A stretch of 64,000 bases of DNA, taken from contig DYHY01000002.1 of the NCBI GenBank assembly GCA_020723935.1, positions 31,465 through 95,464 on the forward strand, written 5' to 3'. This stretch comes from Candidatus Micrarchaeum sp. GTDB lineage: Archaea; SpSt-1190; DYHY01. A program made the translations under genes and the position numbers. Under the pieces are notes generated by a model. That model saw only the letters and a list, made by a program, of their open reading frames with translations, did no database searches and had not been told where the DNA came from. Below are positions 1-9,389 of the stretch, piece by piece (position 1 is the first letter of the stretch; the number at the start of each line of letters is the position of its first letter).

Positions 1-9
1 TCGACGATA

Positions 10-2310
10 ATGGCCGGGGAACCGACTGAACTGCAGCAGCCCTTCGGGGGGCTGGACGCCCGAGTGATACAAGAGGACAACGAGAGCATCCTCGAGGTCA
101 ACTGCTTCAACGTGTCCTTCTTCGCCCCGCTGGAGGACAGCGACACCTGGATGGCGAAGGTGATCTTCAAGCTGATGCAGTACCGCGAGGTCACCCAGAT
201 ACGCCTCGCCGAGCGGCGCATCTACGAGTACGACCGGGCCCAGACGCAGATGCTCAAGGAGATAGCCGAGGTCCTGAGGTTCGTTCGCACCAACAACACG
301 CTCTACAACCCCTACGCGATGAGCAACTTCCCGCAGGACGTCCACATAGGGGAGCGGTTCAGCTTCCTGCAGTCAATAGTGATGGACCTCCTCCCCCGCG
401 ATCCCATCGGCGCGTACGTTGAGCTGATCCGCCGCGCGAGGAGGGAGGAGATAGAAGCGGGCAAGGAGGGCTGGCCCGCCTACAAGGCCGGCCGCGAGCA
501 TTTCATCAAGAACGTCCTCTACGTCATCAAGGCGATCCTCGACAAGACCGGCCTGATACGCGCGGCCGCGCAGTACCTGGAGGGCTACCAGACGGGCGAC
601 CGGAAGGTCTACCGCCTCATCTTCCGCCCGACGTACCGCCCCAACTTCATGTTCACGCGCCTGATGGCCGAGATTCCCGTGGGCGCCCAGCAGCTCGACT
701 CCTATTCCGTGCGCGACGCGACGGTCACGATCTTCAGGATGCCGGGGGAGGTGAAGCCCATCTACCACCTCATGCCCCCTGAGTTCCGCCTGACGGACGA
801 GGAGTTCCAGGTGCTGGACTACGCCCGCGAGATAATGGCGCAGCACAAGCCAACGACCTCCGAGCTCATCGACCCGGGGCGCGTGCGCCTGTCCCTGCAC
901 GACGTCGCATTCGACCTGATACGCGAGTATTCCGAGAAGGGTGGCTTCCAGATGCGCCCCGCCGACAACGAGAGGCTCGCCGAGATAATGACGCGCGAGA
1001 CGGCGGGCTTCGGGATAATCGAGCTCATCCTCGCCGACGAGAAGGTCCAGGACATCGCGATAAACGCCCCGACGTCGGCATCGCCCATCCAGCTCGTCCA
1101 CGCCGATTTCGAGGACTGCCAGACGAACGTCATCCCGACGCAGGACGAGGTGGCATCCTGGGCCGCGCGCCTGCGCCTCTTCTCCGGCCGCCCGCTCGAC
1201 ACCAGCAACCCCGTCCTGGACACCTCCATCGAGATACCCGGCGCGAGGGCGCGTGTCGCCGCCGTCGCCCCGACCCTTTCGCCCTACGGCCTCGCGTTCT
1301 CGCTGCGCCGCCACAGGGAGCGGCCTTGGACCCTCCCGCTCTTCATCAAGAACCGCGCGCTCACGCCCCTCGCCGCCGGGCTCATCAGCTTCCTCGTCGA
1401 CGGCGGGCGCACGATCCTGATCGCGGGCACGAGGGGCTCGGGGAAGACGTCCCTCCTCGCCGCGATGATGTGCGAGATAATGAGGACGAACAGGATAATC
1501 ACGGTCGAGGACACGCTCGAACTCCCCACAATGAGCTTCGCGGAGATGCACTACAACATCCAGAGCCTCAAGGTGCAGAGCGCGATAGTGCAGGTTGGTA
1601 ACGAGCTCTCGGCCGCGGATGGCATCAGGACGAGCCTGCGCCTCGGCGACTCCTGCCTCATAATCGGCGAAGTGAGGAGCAAGGAGGCCCTCGCACTCTA
1701 TGAGGCGATGCGCGTCGGGGCCCTCGCGAACGTCGTCGCGGGCACCATCCACGGCGACTCCCCCTACGGCGTCTACGACCGCGTGGTGAACGACCTCGGC
1801 GTCCCGCCGACAAGCTTCAAAGCCACCGACATCATAATCGTCGCGAACCCCATCCGCTCGGCCGACGGCATGCACAGGGTGAGGCGCGTCGTCGACATCT
1901 CCGAGATAAGGAAGCACTGGGACAAGGACCCGGTGAAGGAGAAGGGCTTCGTGAGCCTCATGGAATACGATGCCAAGGACGACGAGCTCAAGCCCAACCA
2001 GATCCTCACGGACGGGGAGAGCGAGATAGTCTCAAAGATCGCGGCGCGCGTGAAGGAATGGGTGGGGAACTTCGACGCGGTGTGGGACAACATAACGATG
2101 CGGGCGAAGATGAAGAAGGCCCTCGTCGACTATTCGATATCCACCGGGAACCCCAACATCATCGAAGCCCCTTTCGTGATCGCATCGAACGATGCCGCCC
2201 ACCTCTTCGGTGAGCAGGTGAAGAGGCAACAGGGGACCCTCGTCTCCGAGTACATCTACCAGAAGTGGGACGCCTGGGTGAAGGAGCAAATAAAGGCGGG
2301 CCGGGTTTGA
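10..2310 (+). CDS. Type IV pilus/archaellum-type secretion ATPase (FlaI/TadA/GspE/VirB11 superfamily)
   Basis: 766-aa ORF with Walker A GTRGSGKTS and the DTLELP region typical of this family. Co-oriented with a downstream TadC/FlaJ-like membrane protein. The N-terminus may extend beyond the window edge. Confidence 0.85.
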   Translation: MAGEPTELQQPFGGLDARVIQEDNESILEVNCFNVSFFAPLEDSDTWMAKVIFKLMQYREVTQIRLAERRIYEYDRAQTQMLKEIAEVLRFVRTNNTLYNPYAMSNFPQDVHIGERFSFLQSIVMDLLPRDPIGAYVELIRRARREEIEAGKEGWPAYKAGREHFIKNVLYVIKAILDKTGLIRAAAQYLEGYQTGDRKVYRLIFRPTYRPNFMFTRLMAEIPVGAQQLDSYSVRDATVTIFRMPGEVKPIYHLMPPEFRLTDEEFQVLDYAREIMAQHKPTTSELIDPGRVRLSLHDVAFDLIREYSEKGGFQMRPADNERLAEIMTRETAGFGIIELILADEKVQDIAINAPTSASPIQLVHADFEDCQTNVIPTQDEVASWAARLRLFSGRPLDTSNPVLDTSIEIPGARARVAAVAPTLSPYGLAFSLRRHRERPWTLPLFIKNRALTPLAAGLISFLVDGGRTILIAGTRGSGKTSLLAAMMCEIMRTNRIITVEDTLELPTMSFAEMHYNIQSLKVQSAIVQVGNELSAADGIRTSLRLGDSCLIIGEVRSKEALALYEAMRVGALANVVAGTIHGDSPYGVYDRVVNDLGVPPTSFKATDIIIVANPIRSADGMHRVRRVVDISEIRKHWDKDPVKEKGFVSLMEYDAKDDELKPNQILTDGESEIVSKIAARVKEWVGNFDAVWDNITMRAKMKKALVDYSISTGNPNIIEAPFVIASNDAAHLFGEQVKRQQGTLVSEYIYQKWDAWVKEQIKAGRV

Positions 2311-2711
2311 ATTTTTGAACCGGCCGGCGAGAGGACCGGGACCGCAGTTAGACCGTCCTCGGCGGAGGGCAGACCAAGGCCGGACGCGTCTGAGGGCCGA
2401 GGAGGAGCAACGTACCGGTTTAACCGCAATCAACCTCGGATATTTCGCCGGCCGGCGCGGGATGCGCGGGTGGCAGAGAACGCATACCTGCGGCTAGTGA
2501 AGGGGGTCGTTCGCGCGGGAAGCCCGCTCATCGGGAGCGCGCACCTCGGGGAGATCCCGCCCGCCTATTCCGGCCTCGTCGTCCCGCACAAGCCCCCATG
2601 GAAGGTCTGGGAAATGGAGCCGGCGGTCTATTCCGCGCATTTCATCGAGGGGCGGGCGGCCCTCGCGGGAAGCCCTTGATCGCCGGGCGGGTGGGCCACT
2701 ACCTAGGGCAC

Positions 2712-2960
2712 ATGGACTATTTCGCCAAGGACCCTGGGAAGATAGCGTACGAGCTCCTCTTCCTTCTCGGGATGGTGCCATTGAGCTCAATGTTCGACCT
2801 TCTTCCCGCCTACAGGGCGAAGGATCCGGGCGGCTCGCAAGAGAAGGAGGAGAAGAACCGCAGGCTGCTCATCAGCCCGGCGATCGAGAGGATGCGGGAC
2901 GGGGAGAGCTTCCTCGCCTATCCGCAGGAGGAGATCAAGAGGAAGGAGATCCTGCTCTAG
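2712..2960 (+). CDS. Small hypothetical membrane protein. It is the first of three protein-like segments in one frame separated by TAG codons.
   Basis: Internal ATG of ORF 2598..2960. Composition is protein-like (IAYELLFLLGMVPLSSMF) and not GC-frame noise. Terminated by TAG at 2958. Confidence 0.3.
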   Translation: MDYFAKDPGKIAYELLFLLGMVPLSSMFDLLPAYRAKDPGGSQEKEEKNRRLLISPAIERMRDGESFLAYPQEEIKRKEILL

Positions 2961-2993
2961 TCGGAGGAGTCGCGCCTGCACACAACGGGCGGG

Positions 2994-3029
2994 TTCTTCT
3001 TCTTCTTCTTCTTCGTCGTCGTCGTCGTC
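2994..3029. repeat. Compound trinucleotide repeat (TTC)7(GTC)5
   Basis: Read directly: ttcttcttcttcttcttcttcgtcgtcgtcgtcgtc. In the same frame as the flanking protein-like segments it would encode FFFFFFFVVVVV. Confidence 0.9.
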
Positions 3030-3557
3030 GCCGGAGCGGGGATGCCGATCCTACCGATAGTTGTCTACCGCGAGAAGCGGGGCGGCGTCCTGATAGGGAC
3101 GGGGAAGCCCATCAACGTCGCGCCGATGGAGCTGGACCTCGCGTAGCGCCTGTCGGTGGACAGGAAGCTGAGGAAGGGCTGGGAGAAGGAGCTGGCCCAA
3201 GAATACTGCGAGGTCTACAGGGAGCTGGGCATCGCCGAGAGCTGAACTGGGCCCGAGAAGAAAGAAGGAGAGAAAAGAATGAGGGGCGGGGGCTCCTGCC
3301 CCCGCTTCCCTTCAGTTGTCTCCTACTTGTAGCCGCAAATGTGCCCGACCTTGTCGCCGTACTCGGTCTTGAACTCCATCCTCAGGACGCCGACGTCGCC
3401 CGGGGTTAGCTGACAGGTGCCTTCGTTTTCTAATTTTACCTTTATTAGATGGTCAATGACCTACGGAAGGAGGCGGGCGCCTGCGCGGCCCCCTTTCCCG
3501 GAAATGGCCCTGAAATAGAATGCGTTATATGCTGCCAGGGGCTAGACTTCCGGGAAG

Positions 3558-5627
3558 ATGTATCCCAACTACTCCCCCCGGCCCGGAGGGGGTGCAAGCC
3601 TCGGCGCTTTCACGCCGTCGGACCCCTTCACGAGCCATTTCTACAAGTCCTACCGCGCCGAGGAGAAGGTCCTCCCTGCCTCGTTCTACGAGAAGTTCTG
3701 CATGTCGGTGCCCAAGTGGGCCGAGATCCCCCTACCCTTCCTGAGGAAGCAGTTCTCGAGCGTCCTGCGGGAGGCGCTCCTCGTCTGCAGCCCGGGCCAG
3801 GTCTTCACGGTGTCCTTCTACTGTTTCCTCCTCGCGATGATGGTGGCCGTCTTCGTCCTCACCTCCCTCCCCTACACACCCATACTCCTGGGCGTCGCGG
3901 TGGTCTTCCCGCTCATCGTCCTCGTCGGCTTCTACGTCTATCCGTTCCTCAAAATCAAGATGGACCGCATGGCGGTCGTGGGCGAGGCGCCTCTCGCCAT
4001 CCTCTACCTCGTCATCTCCTTGCGTGTCTCCCCGAGCCTCGAGAAGGCGGTGTCCTACGCGAGCAAGAACGTCCCCGAGCCCATAGGCCGCGAGTTCAAG
4101 TTCCTGATGTGGGACGTCGAGCTCAAGACGAAGAACTCGATGCAGGAGGCGATGTTCGCGTACAGCGCGCGGGTGAAGAAGTGGGCGCCGGGCTACTCCG
4201 ACGCGCTCTACCTCGTCACGAACTCCGTGAACGAGCCCACGAACAAGTCGCGCCTCGCGGTCCTCGAGAAGGCGATGAGCCAGGCCCTAGACAACACAAA
4301 GGGCATCATGGAGAACTTCGCAAGGGGCCTGGGCTTGCCCGTCGCCGTCACGAACGCCCTCGCAATACTCCTGCCGGTCCTCGGCCTCGTCATGGCGCCC
4401 CTCGCATCCGTCTTCATGCAGCAGGCCGGCGCCCTCCCGGCGATGCTGGCGATCGTCTACGACTTCTTCCTCCCAATAGTCCTGGGGCTCATCGTCCTCG
4501 TGATACTGGCGGGGCGCCCCGCCACCTTCTCGGACATCGACATCAGGGGCGACCCGGACCTCCCGGCCGAGGGGCACTACAGGGTGAAGGGCGTGGGCGA
4601 CATACCCCTGAACCTCGTCTGCCTCGGGATCTTCCTCGCCCTCTCGTTCATCACAATATTGGTCGCGATAAACACGGGCGGCGTCGTGTTCTCCCCCAAC
4701 CCCCTCAAGGCGGTCGGCGCGCCGATGGGCTACAACGCCCTCAACACGATCCCCTTGATAGCGGCCGTGGGTATCTCCTGCGGCATCTACCTCTACGCGA
4801 ACAACGTCCAGAAGCTCAAGGCGCGCGACAGAATCCAGGAGATAGAGCGCGAGTTCGCGGCGAGCCTCTTCCAGCTCGGGAACATCCTGGAGCAGGGCAA
4901 GCCCCTCGAGGAGGCCTTCGAGATCGCGGCGCGCGGGATGAAGGGCACGCACAGCGCCGAGTTCTTCACGAGGACCGTTCACAACATCAGGACGATGGGG
5001 ATGCCGATAAGGAAGGCAATCTTCGACCCCGAATACGGCGCGATGAGGACGTTCTCCTCGAGCCTCATGAAGAACGTCCTCGGCGTCATAATAGAGTCCG
5101 CCGACAGCGGGCCCATCGTCGCCGCGCAGACGACGCTCTCCATCTCGAGCTACGTGCAGAACATCCAGAAGGTACAGGAGAAGATAGCCGACAACCTCGC
5201 GGACAGCATAACGGCGATGAAGTTCCAGTCCGCCGTCCTCGTCCCGCTGATAAGCGCCGTGATCGTGGGCCTCACGCAAATGGTGACAAACATCCTCCTC
5301 GCGATGAGCAGGAACGTGAGCGATCTCATGTCCAGCAGCACGAACGTCGGGCTCTATTCCGTGTTCTCGTCCTCCCTCTTCAACATCGGGAACGTGATGC
5401 AGGGCTCCTACCTCCAGATGGTCGTGGGCTACTACACCCTCGTCCTCCTCACGACCCTCGGGTTCTTCACGGCGGGCCTCGCGTACGGCGTGCACGACAG
5501 AATAGCGATACAGATGAACGTGGGGCAGAGCCTCGCCCTCGGCATCATTATTTATTCGGTGATAGTCTTCTTCATAGTGACGGTGTTCGGGGGCCTGGCG
5601 ACGTCCCTCGTCAGCCAGACCGTCTAG
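3558..5627 (+). CDS. TadC/FlaJ-like polytopic membrane platform protein of a type IV pilus-like system
   Basis: 689 aa with many predicted TM helices. Size and position next to the FlaI-like ATPase match the T2SS-F/TadC/FlaJ family. Ends with TAG. Confidence 0.75.
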   Translation: MYPNYSPRPGGGASLGAFTPSDPFTSHFYKSYRAEEKVLPASFYEKFCMSVPKWAEIPLPFLRKQFSSVLREALLVCSPGQVFTVSFYCFLLAMMVAVFVLTSLPYTPILLGVAVVFPLIVLVGFYVYPFLKIKMDRMAVVGEAPLAILYLVISLRVSPSLEKAVSYASKNVPEPIGREFKFLMWDVELKTKNSMQEAMFAYSARVKKWAPGYSDALYLVTNSVNEPTNKSRLAVLEKAMSQALDNTKGIMENFARGLGLPVAVTNALAILLPVLGLVMAPLASVFMQQAGALPAMLAIVYDFFLPIVLGLIVLVILAGRPATFSDIDIRGDPDLPAEGHYRVKGVGDIPLNLVCLGIFLALSFITILVAINTGGVVFSPNPLKAVGAPMGYNALNTIPLIAAVGISCGIYLYANNVQKLKARDRIQEIEREFAASLFQLGNILEQGKPLEEAFEIAARGMKGTHSAEFFTRTVHNIRTMGMPIRKAIFDPEYGAMRTFSSSLMKNVLGVIIESADSGPIVAAQTTLSISSYVQNIQKVQEKIADNLADSITAMKFQSAVLVPLISAVIVGLTQMVTNILLAMSRNVSDLMSSSTNVGLYSVFSSSLFNIGNVMQGSYLQMVVGYYTLVLLTTLGFFTAGLAYGVHDRIAIQMNVGQSLALGIIIYSVIVFFIVTVFGGLATSLVSQTV

Positions 5628-5654
5628 GACGAGGAGGATGAAGGAAGGACAGAA

Positions 5655-5837
5655 ATGGCAAGCGAGAAGGACCTGCTTGAGCTCGTGATGGAGGTCATCC
5701 TCGTCTTCATCATAATAATCATAGTGATAGTCGTCATCTTCCCGGGGCTCAAGGACTACGCGGCCCGGCTCTCGGAGCTCCCGCGCTCGTTCTTCGTGTC
5801 GCTCCTGGACAAGATAGGCTACAGCTGGTGGGGGTAG
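5655..5837 (+). CDS. Small pilin-like membrane protein
   Basis: 60 aa, MASEK then DLLEL then a long hydrophobic helix (ILVFIIIIIVIVVIF). First of a run of co-directional small TM proteins. Confidence 0.5.
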   Translation: MASEKDLLELVMEVILVFIIIIIVIVVIFPGLKDYAARLSELPRSFFVSLLDKIGYSWWG

Positions 5838-5846
5838 AAAGGCGTC

Positions 5847-6293
5847 ATGACCAGGAGATTTGTCAGGAGGAAGTGCATCGGGCGCAGGAAGGGCAGCTTC
5901 ATGGACGACTGGGTGATGAAAATAGCCTGGGGCATACTGATCCTGGGAATCCTCTACATGGTGGTCCTCATCCTCACTGCCTGGCTCAACAAGCGCGCCC
6001 CGCAGGACATCAAGCACGCGGGGGACCTCGTGATAAACCCGATGACGGGCCTCGCGCTCGGGATCCCGCCGTGGGGCGGCGCAGGGAAGGGGGGGAAGGG
6101 CAAGCGCAAGGCCAAGGCCGCGGCGGGGGGCGCCCGCAGGAAGGGCGACGCGGAGCTCTCCGTCCCGTTCTGGATAATCTTCTCCTTCGTCGTGATGCTC
6201 GTCGTCCTGATAGCCCTGAGGTACCTCAGCACCTACCTCACGAAGGTGCCCGCCCTCATAGGGAGCAAGGCGGCGGGGGGGCGGCTGATATGA
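5847..6293 (+). CDS. Pilin-like membrane protein with class III-like signal
   Basis: Basic N-terminus RRKG, then SFMDD, then hydrophobic helix. A second TM helix lies near the C-terminus. Lys/Gly-rich linker. Confidence 0.5.
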   Translation: MTRRFVRRKCIGRRKGSFMDDWVMKIAWGILILGILYMVVLILTAWLNKRAPQDIKHAGDLVINPMTGLALGIPPWGGAGKGGKGKRKAKAAAGGARRKGDAELSVPFWIIFSFVVMLVVLIALRYLSTYLTKVPALIGSKAAGGRLI

Positions 6294-6460
6294 GCCGCAG
6301 GGCCCAGGAGGGCGCGAGGCAGATGCTCGTCTTCGTCGTCGTCCTGATACTCGCGTTCATCATCCTGTGGATCTTCGCGTCCAGGAGGACGGACCCCGAC
6401 AAGATGGCGGCCGTCAGGGACGCGCTGCTCCCGATAATAGACAAGCTCAAGGGAGGATGA
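6290..6460 (+). CDS. Small pilin-like protein
   Basis: ATGA overlap with the upstream stop. MSRRAQEG, then ARQ, then MLVFVVVLILAFIILWIF. 56 aa. Confidence 0.5.
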   Translation: MSRRAQEGARQMLVFVVVLILAFIILWIFASRRTDPDKMAAVRDALLPIIDKLKGG

Positions 6461-6627
6461 TGCTAACAATGGCGATGGAAACGGATGTCGGATCGGGAAG
6501 GAAGGGTCAGGCGACGGAGATGCCGGGGCAGGTCGTGTTCTGGATACTGGCGCTGATAGGCCTCGTGATCCTCGTGATCATAGTGATGCGTGGCGGGACG
6601 CTCTTCAGGAACCTGTTCGGCACGTAG
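6457..6627 (+). CDS. Small pilin-like protein
   Basis: ATGATG overlapping the upstream TGA. GRKG, then QATEMPGQ, then VVFWILALIGLVILVIIV. Confidence 0.5.
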   Translation: MMLTMAMETDVGSGRKGQATEMPGQVVFWILALIGLVILVIIVMRGGTLFRNLFGT

Positions 6628-6660
6628 CGGGGGAAGGAAAAGGGCGAGAAGAAGGGAAAC

Positions 6661-7236
6661 ATGGCAGAAGGCGACAGGAAGACAATAATCGAGACGCTCT
6701 TCGCGATACTGGGCGCCCTCCTCCTAATCGGCGTCATCGTCCTCCTCTTCTTCACCTACGTCCTCCCGCAGCTCCAGACCTACGCGGGGCCCAAGCGCGA
6801 GGCTCCGGAGCTGGAGGCGGCGCTCCAGAGCCTCTGCTTCTACCACCAGGCCTCGACCGGCCAGTCCCAGGTCGTCATCGGCGGGGGGACGAACATCGCG
6901 ACCTTCACCGACGACTACGAGCTCACGCCCCTCGCGATCGCGCAGAACATGTCAAGGTGCTTCTCCGACGTCCCGCGGGGATGCAAGGTGCAGGGCGCGG
7001 GCGGGACGTGCTCGGAGAGGTACGAATGGGAGGGCGCGGCGACGATAGACTACAGGAGCACCTGCCCATTCAACCACGAGGAGCCGGGGCTTTTCGGGCA
7101 CATCGTCTGCAGCGGCGGCTGCCCTAACTTCACAAGGGGGACATCATACCGGCTCCAGGTCGCATCGACCCTCGCGAGCCCCACGGTCTCCCTCCCCGAC
7201 TTCTGCCTCTTCTACGCCGAGGAGGTGAGGCCCTGA
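6661..7236 (+). CDS. Pilin-like protein with Cys-rich extracellular domain
   Basis: MAEGDRK, then TIIE, then TM helix, followed by a 150-aa domain with 8 Cys. Confidence 0.55.
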   Translation: MAEGDRKTIIETLFAILGALLLIGVIVLLFFTYVLPQLQTYAGPKREAPELEAALQSLCFYHQASTGQSQVVIGGGTNIATFTDDYELTPLAIAQNMSRCFSDVPRGCKVQGAGGTCSERYEWEGAATIDYRSTCPFNHEEPGLFGHIVCSGGCPNFTRGTSYRLQVASTLASPTVSLPDFCLFYAEEVRP

Positions 7237-7935
7237 ATGGCGGGAAGGACGGGCCGGAGGCGCGCTAGGCGCGCGGCGGACACCCTGGCGGTCCTCGTCT
7301 TCCTGATAGTCGCGCTCCTGGCAATCCTCGTCATATTCATGTGGGTCCTCCCCTACCTGCAGGACCAGTGGAAGACGGCGGAGTCCTCGATCACGTCCTG
7401 CGGCTGCATAGGGAACAGGACCAACATAATCGTGCGCGGCGTCGCGGACACCGTCTTCAAGAAGCAGCCCAACCCCTTCTCCTCGGCGGAGGTGGAGCTG
7501 TGCAACTGCAGGAACGAGAAGATGGAGCTGGGGCGCCGCCTGACTGTGGACGCGGTCGTGAACTTCCCCTGCTCCATATCCAAGGGCAAGAACGGCCACC
7601 AGGAGATAAACGGCCTCGCCATACCCAAATCGCTGTGGGGGATAACCCTCGACCGGGCGCAGGGCGTGAGCTTCGAGTTCAACGATATGGAGGTCTACGT
7701 GGACTGGCCCTACAACACCTATTTCATGCTCAAGGACAGGCCCGCCTTCGACGTGATAGTGCAGAGGATACCTGACTTCCGGGTTCCGCACTTCGACTTC
7801 GACTTCGGGAGCACGGACAGGGGCCTCGCGTATTTCAAGCTCAAGATCGACGGCCAAGACGAGACGAACGACACGACAATCCTCACATCCGTATCCGAGG
7901 ACAACTCGGTGTGCTTCGGGGAGGCGCCGCCATGA
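7237..7935 (+). CDS. Pilin-like secreted/anchored protein
   Basis: Start abuts the previous stop. RRRARRA, then ADT, then LAVLVFLIVALLAILVIF, then a Cys-containing domain. Confidence 0.55.
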   Translation: MAGRTGRRRARRAADTLAVLVFLIVALLAILVIFMWVLPYLQDQWKTAESSITSCGCIGNRTNIIVRGVADTVFKKQPNPFSSAEVELCNCRNEKMELGRRLTVDAVVNFPCSISKGKNGHQEINGLAIPKSLWGITLDRAQGVSFEFNDMEVYVDWPYNTYFMLKDRPAFDVIVQRIPDFRVPHFDFDFGSTDRGLAYFKLKIDGQDETNDTTILTSVSEDNSVCFGEAPP

Positions 7936-8129
7936 CGGGGAAGACGGGGGCGGGGCGGGCCGCAGGCTCTCATCGGAGGGCCGAGATGGACAAGGACATA
8001 CTGATGGGGGTCATCGCGATGATAGTCATCGCCGCGATAGTGGTCCTGATATTCGTCTTCGCGAGGAACCAGATAATACACGCGTTCGAGGAGATGAAGA
8101 ACCGCCTCTCGTTCACGATAAAATTCTAG
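7932..8129 (+). CDS. Small pilin-like protein
   Basis: ATGA overlap. HRRA, then EMDKD, then ILMGVIAMIVIAAIVVLIFVF. Confidence 0.5.
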   Translation: MTGKTGAGRAAGSHRRAEMDKDILMGVIAMIVIAAIVVLIFVFARNQIIHAFEEMKNRLSFTIKF

Positions 8130-8172
8130 GCCCCGCGCGGGGAAGGAAGAAAGGAGAGAAAGGGAAAAGGAA

Positions 8173-8721
8173 ATGGCGCAAAGGAAGGCTGCGGAGAGCA
8201 GCACAATCATGCTCGTCGTAGCGATAATAGTCGGGCTCGCGGTGGCCCTAATACTCCTCAAGGGCGGATCCTTCGTGAGCCAGGGGCAGGGGACGATCAC
8301 GGGCATCGGGCAGAACATCCTCTCCAGGAACAAGGGCGCCTTCGGGCAGGCCTGTAGGGAATGGAAGGGTGCAAGCGAGGGCCAGCAGAGGGACCCGGGC
8401 TTCATCCTGGGCGCGGCGCCCAACCCCGCATCCATCCCGGGGGCCGCGGGCGCGTACGGGAACAAGTTCAGCTGCTGCAGGGGGAGGTTCGAGGAGGCCG
8501 CCAAATATTTCAGATCCAAGCAGGGCGCGTTCAGCCCGCAGCCCGACCTGACGATCGAGCCCTACGCAAAGTATGTCGACGAATGGAACCTCTGGAGCAT
8601 GTGCTATTCGGCGTGCCTGGGCTTCTCGGACGTCTACGACCTGTGCGCGCAGACCTTCCAGGGCGGGGAAGGGGACAGGGATTTCATAAACTGCCTGGAG
8701 AACAGTTCGACCGGCTGCTAG
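8173..8721 (+). CDS. Cys-rich pilin-like protein, paralog A
   Basis: MAQRKA, then AESS, then TIMLVVAIIVGLAVALILL. The C-terminal domain has 8 conserved Cys. About 60% identical to the ORF at 8789. Confidence 0.65.
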   Translation: MAQRKAAESSTIMLVVAIIVGLAVALILLKGGSFVSQGQGTITGIGQNILSRNKGAFGQACREWKGASEGQQRDPGFILGAAPNPASIPGAAGAYGNKFSCCRGRFEEAAKYFRSKQGAFSPQPDLTIEPYAKYVDEWNLWSMCYSACLGFSDVYDLCAQTFQGGEGDRDFINCLENSSTGC

Positions 8722-8751
8722 GCGGAGCGCAGGGAGAAAAACCGGAGAATA

Positions 8752-8763
8752 GGTATATTAATA
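8752..8763 (+). promoter_or_regulatory. Archaeal TATA-box-like element upstream of the 8789 gene
   Basis: ggtatattaata lies about 30 nt upstream of the ATG at 8789, which fits archaeal BRE/TATA spacing. Confidence 0.4.
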
Positions 8764-8788
8764 GGAAAGGGGGTGGAAGCGAGGGAAG

Positions 8789-9355
8789 ATGGCAAGGAAA
8801 GCCGTGGAAAACAGCGCGATAATGCTCGTCGTAGCGATAATAATAGCGCTCATCATAACCATGATCCTCCTCAAGGGCGGCACCTTCGTCAACGAGAAGC
8901 AGGGCACCCTAATAGGGATAGGCCAGAGCTTCTTCTCCGGGAACAAGGGGGCATTCGGGCAGGCATGCAAGGAATGGCAGAGGGCCAGCGAGAGCCAGCA
9001 GCGGGACCCCGGCTTCATCCTGGGCGACCCGCCCAATCCCGCATCCATCCCCGGCGCCGCGGGCGCCTACGGCAACAGGTTCGCCTGTTGCAGGGGGCAT
9101 TTCGAGTCGACAGCCCGCGATTTCAAGAGCAAGGGGGTCAACTTCAACCCGCAGCCGGACGCCGCGGTCAAGCCCTACGACACACACCCCAACCAGTGGA
9201 ACCTCTGGAAGGCGTGCTACGACAGTTGCGGCGGCTTCATCAACGTCTACGACGCCTGCGCCCAGGAGCATCCCGGAGGGGAAGGGGACAAGGATTTCAT
9301 ACAATGCCTGGACGAGCGGACCGTGAACTCGGGCTGCACGGACGGGCCTTTGTGA
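8789..9355 (+). CDS. Cys-rich pilin-like protein, paralog B
   Basis: MARKA, then VENS, then AIMLVVAIIIALIITMILL. Shares the motifs GNKGAFGQAC, DPGFILG, NPASIPGAAGAYGN and CCRG with 8173. Confidence 0.65.
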   Translation: MARKAVENSAIMLVVAIIIALIITMILLKGGTFVNEKQGTLIGIGQSFFSGNKGAFGQACKEWQRASESQQRDPGFILGDPPNPASIPGAAGAYGNRFACCRGHFESTARDFKSKGVNFNPQPDAAVKPYDTHPNQWNLWKACYDSCGGFINVYDACAQEHPGGEGDKDFIQCLDERTVNSGCTDGPL

Positions 9356-9389
9356 TGCGGCAAGAAGGGGGAGGAACTGCGTAAGAAGG

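Noticed and set aside
373-1917. 514-aa ORF antisense to the ATPase gene
   Set aside because: Arg/Gly/Ala/Asp-rich, low-complexity composition typical of spurious ORFs on the opposite strand of high-GC genes. The sense strand encodes a well-conserved ATPase.
3449-5641. 730-aa ORF overlapping the TadC-like gene in another frame, and the 576-aa antisense ORF 4287..6017
   Set aside because: Pro/Arg/Gly-dominated noise sequence. The 3558..5627 frame gives a coherent polytopic membrane protein.
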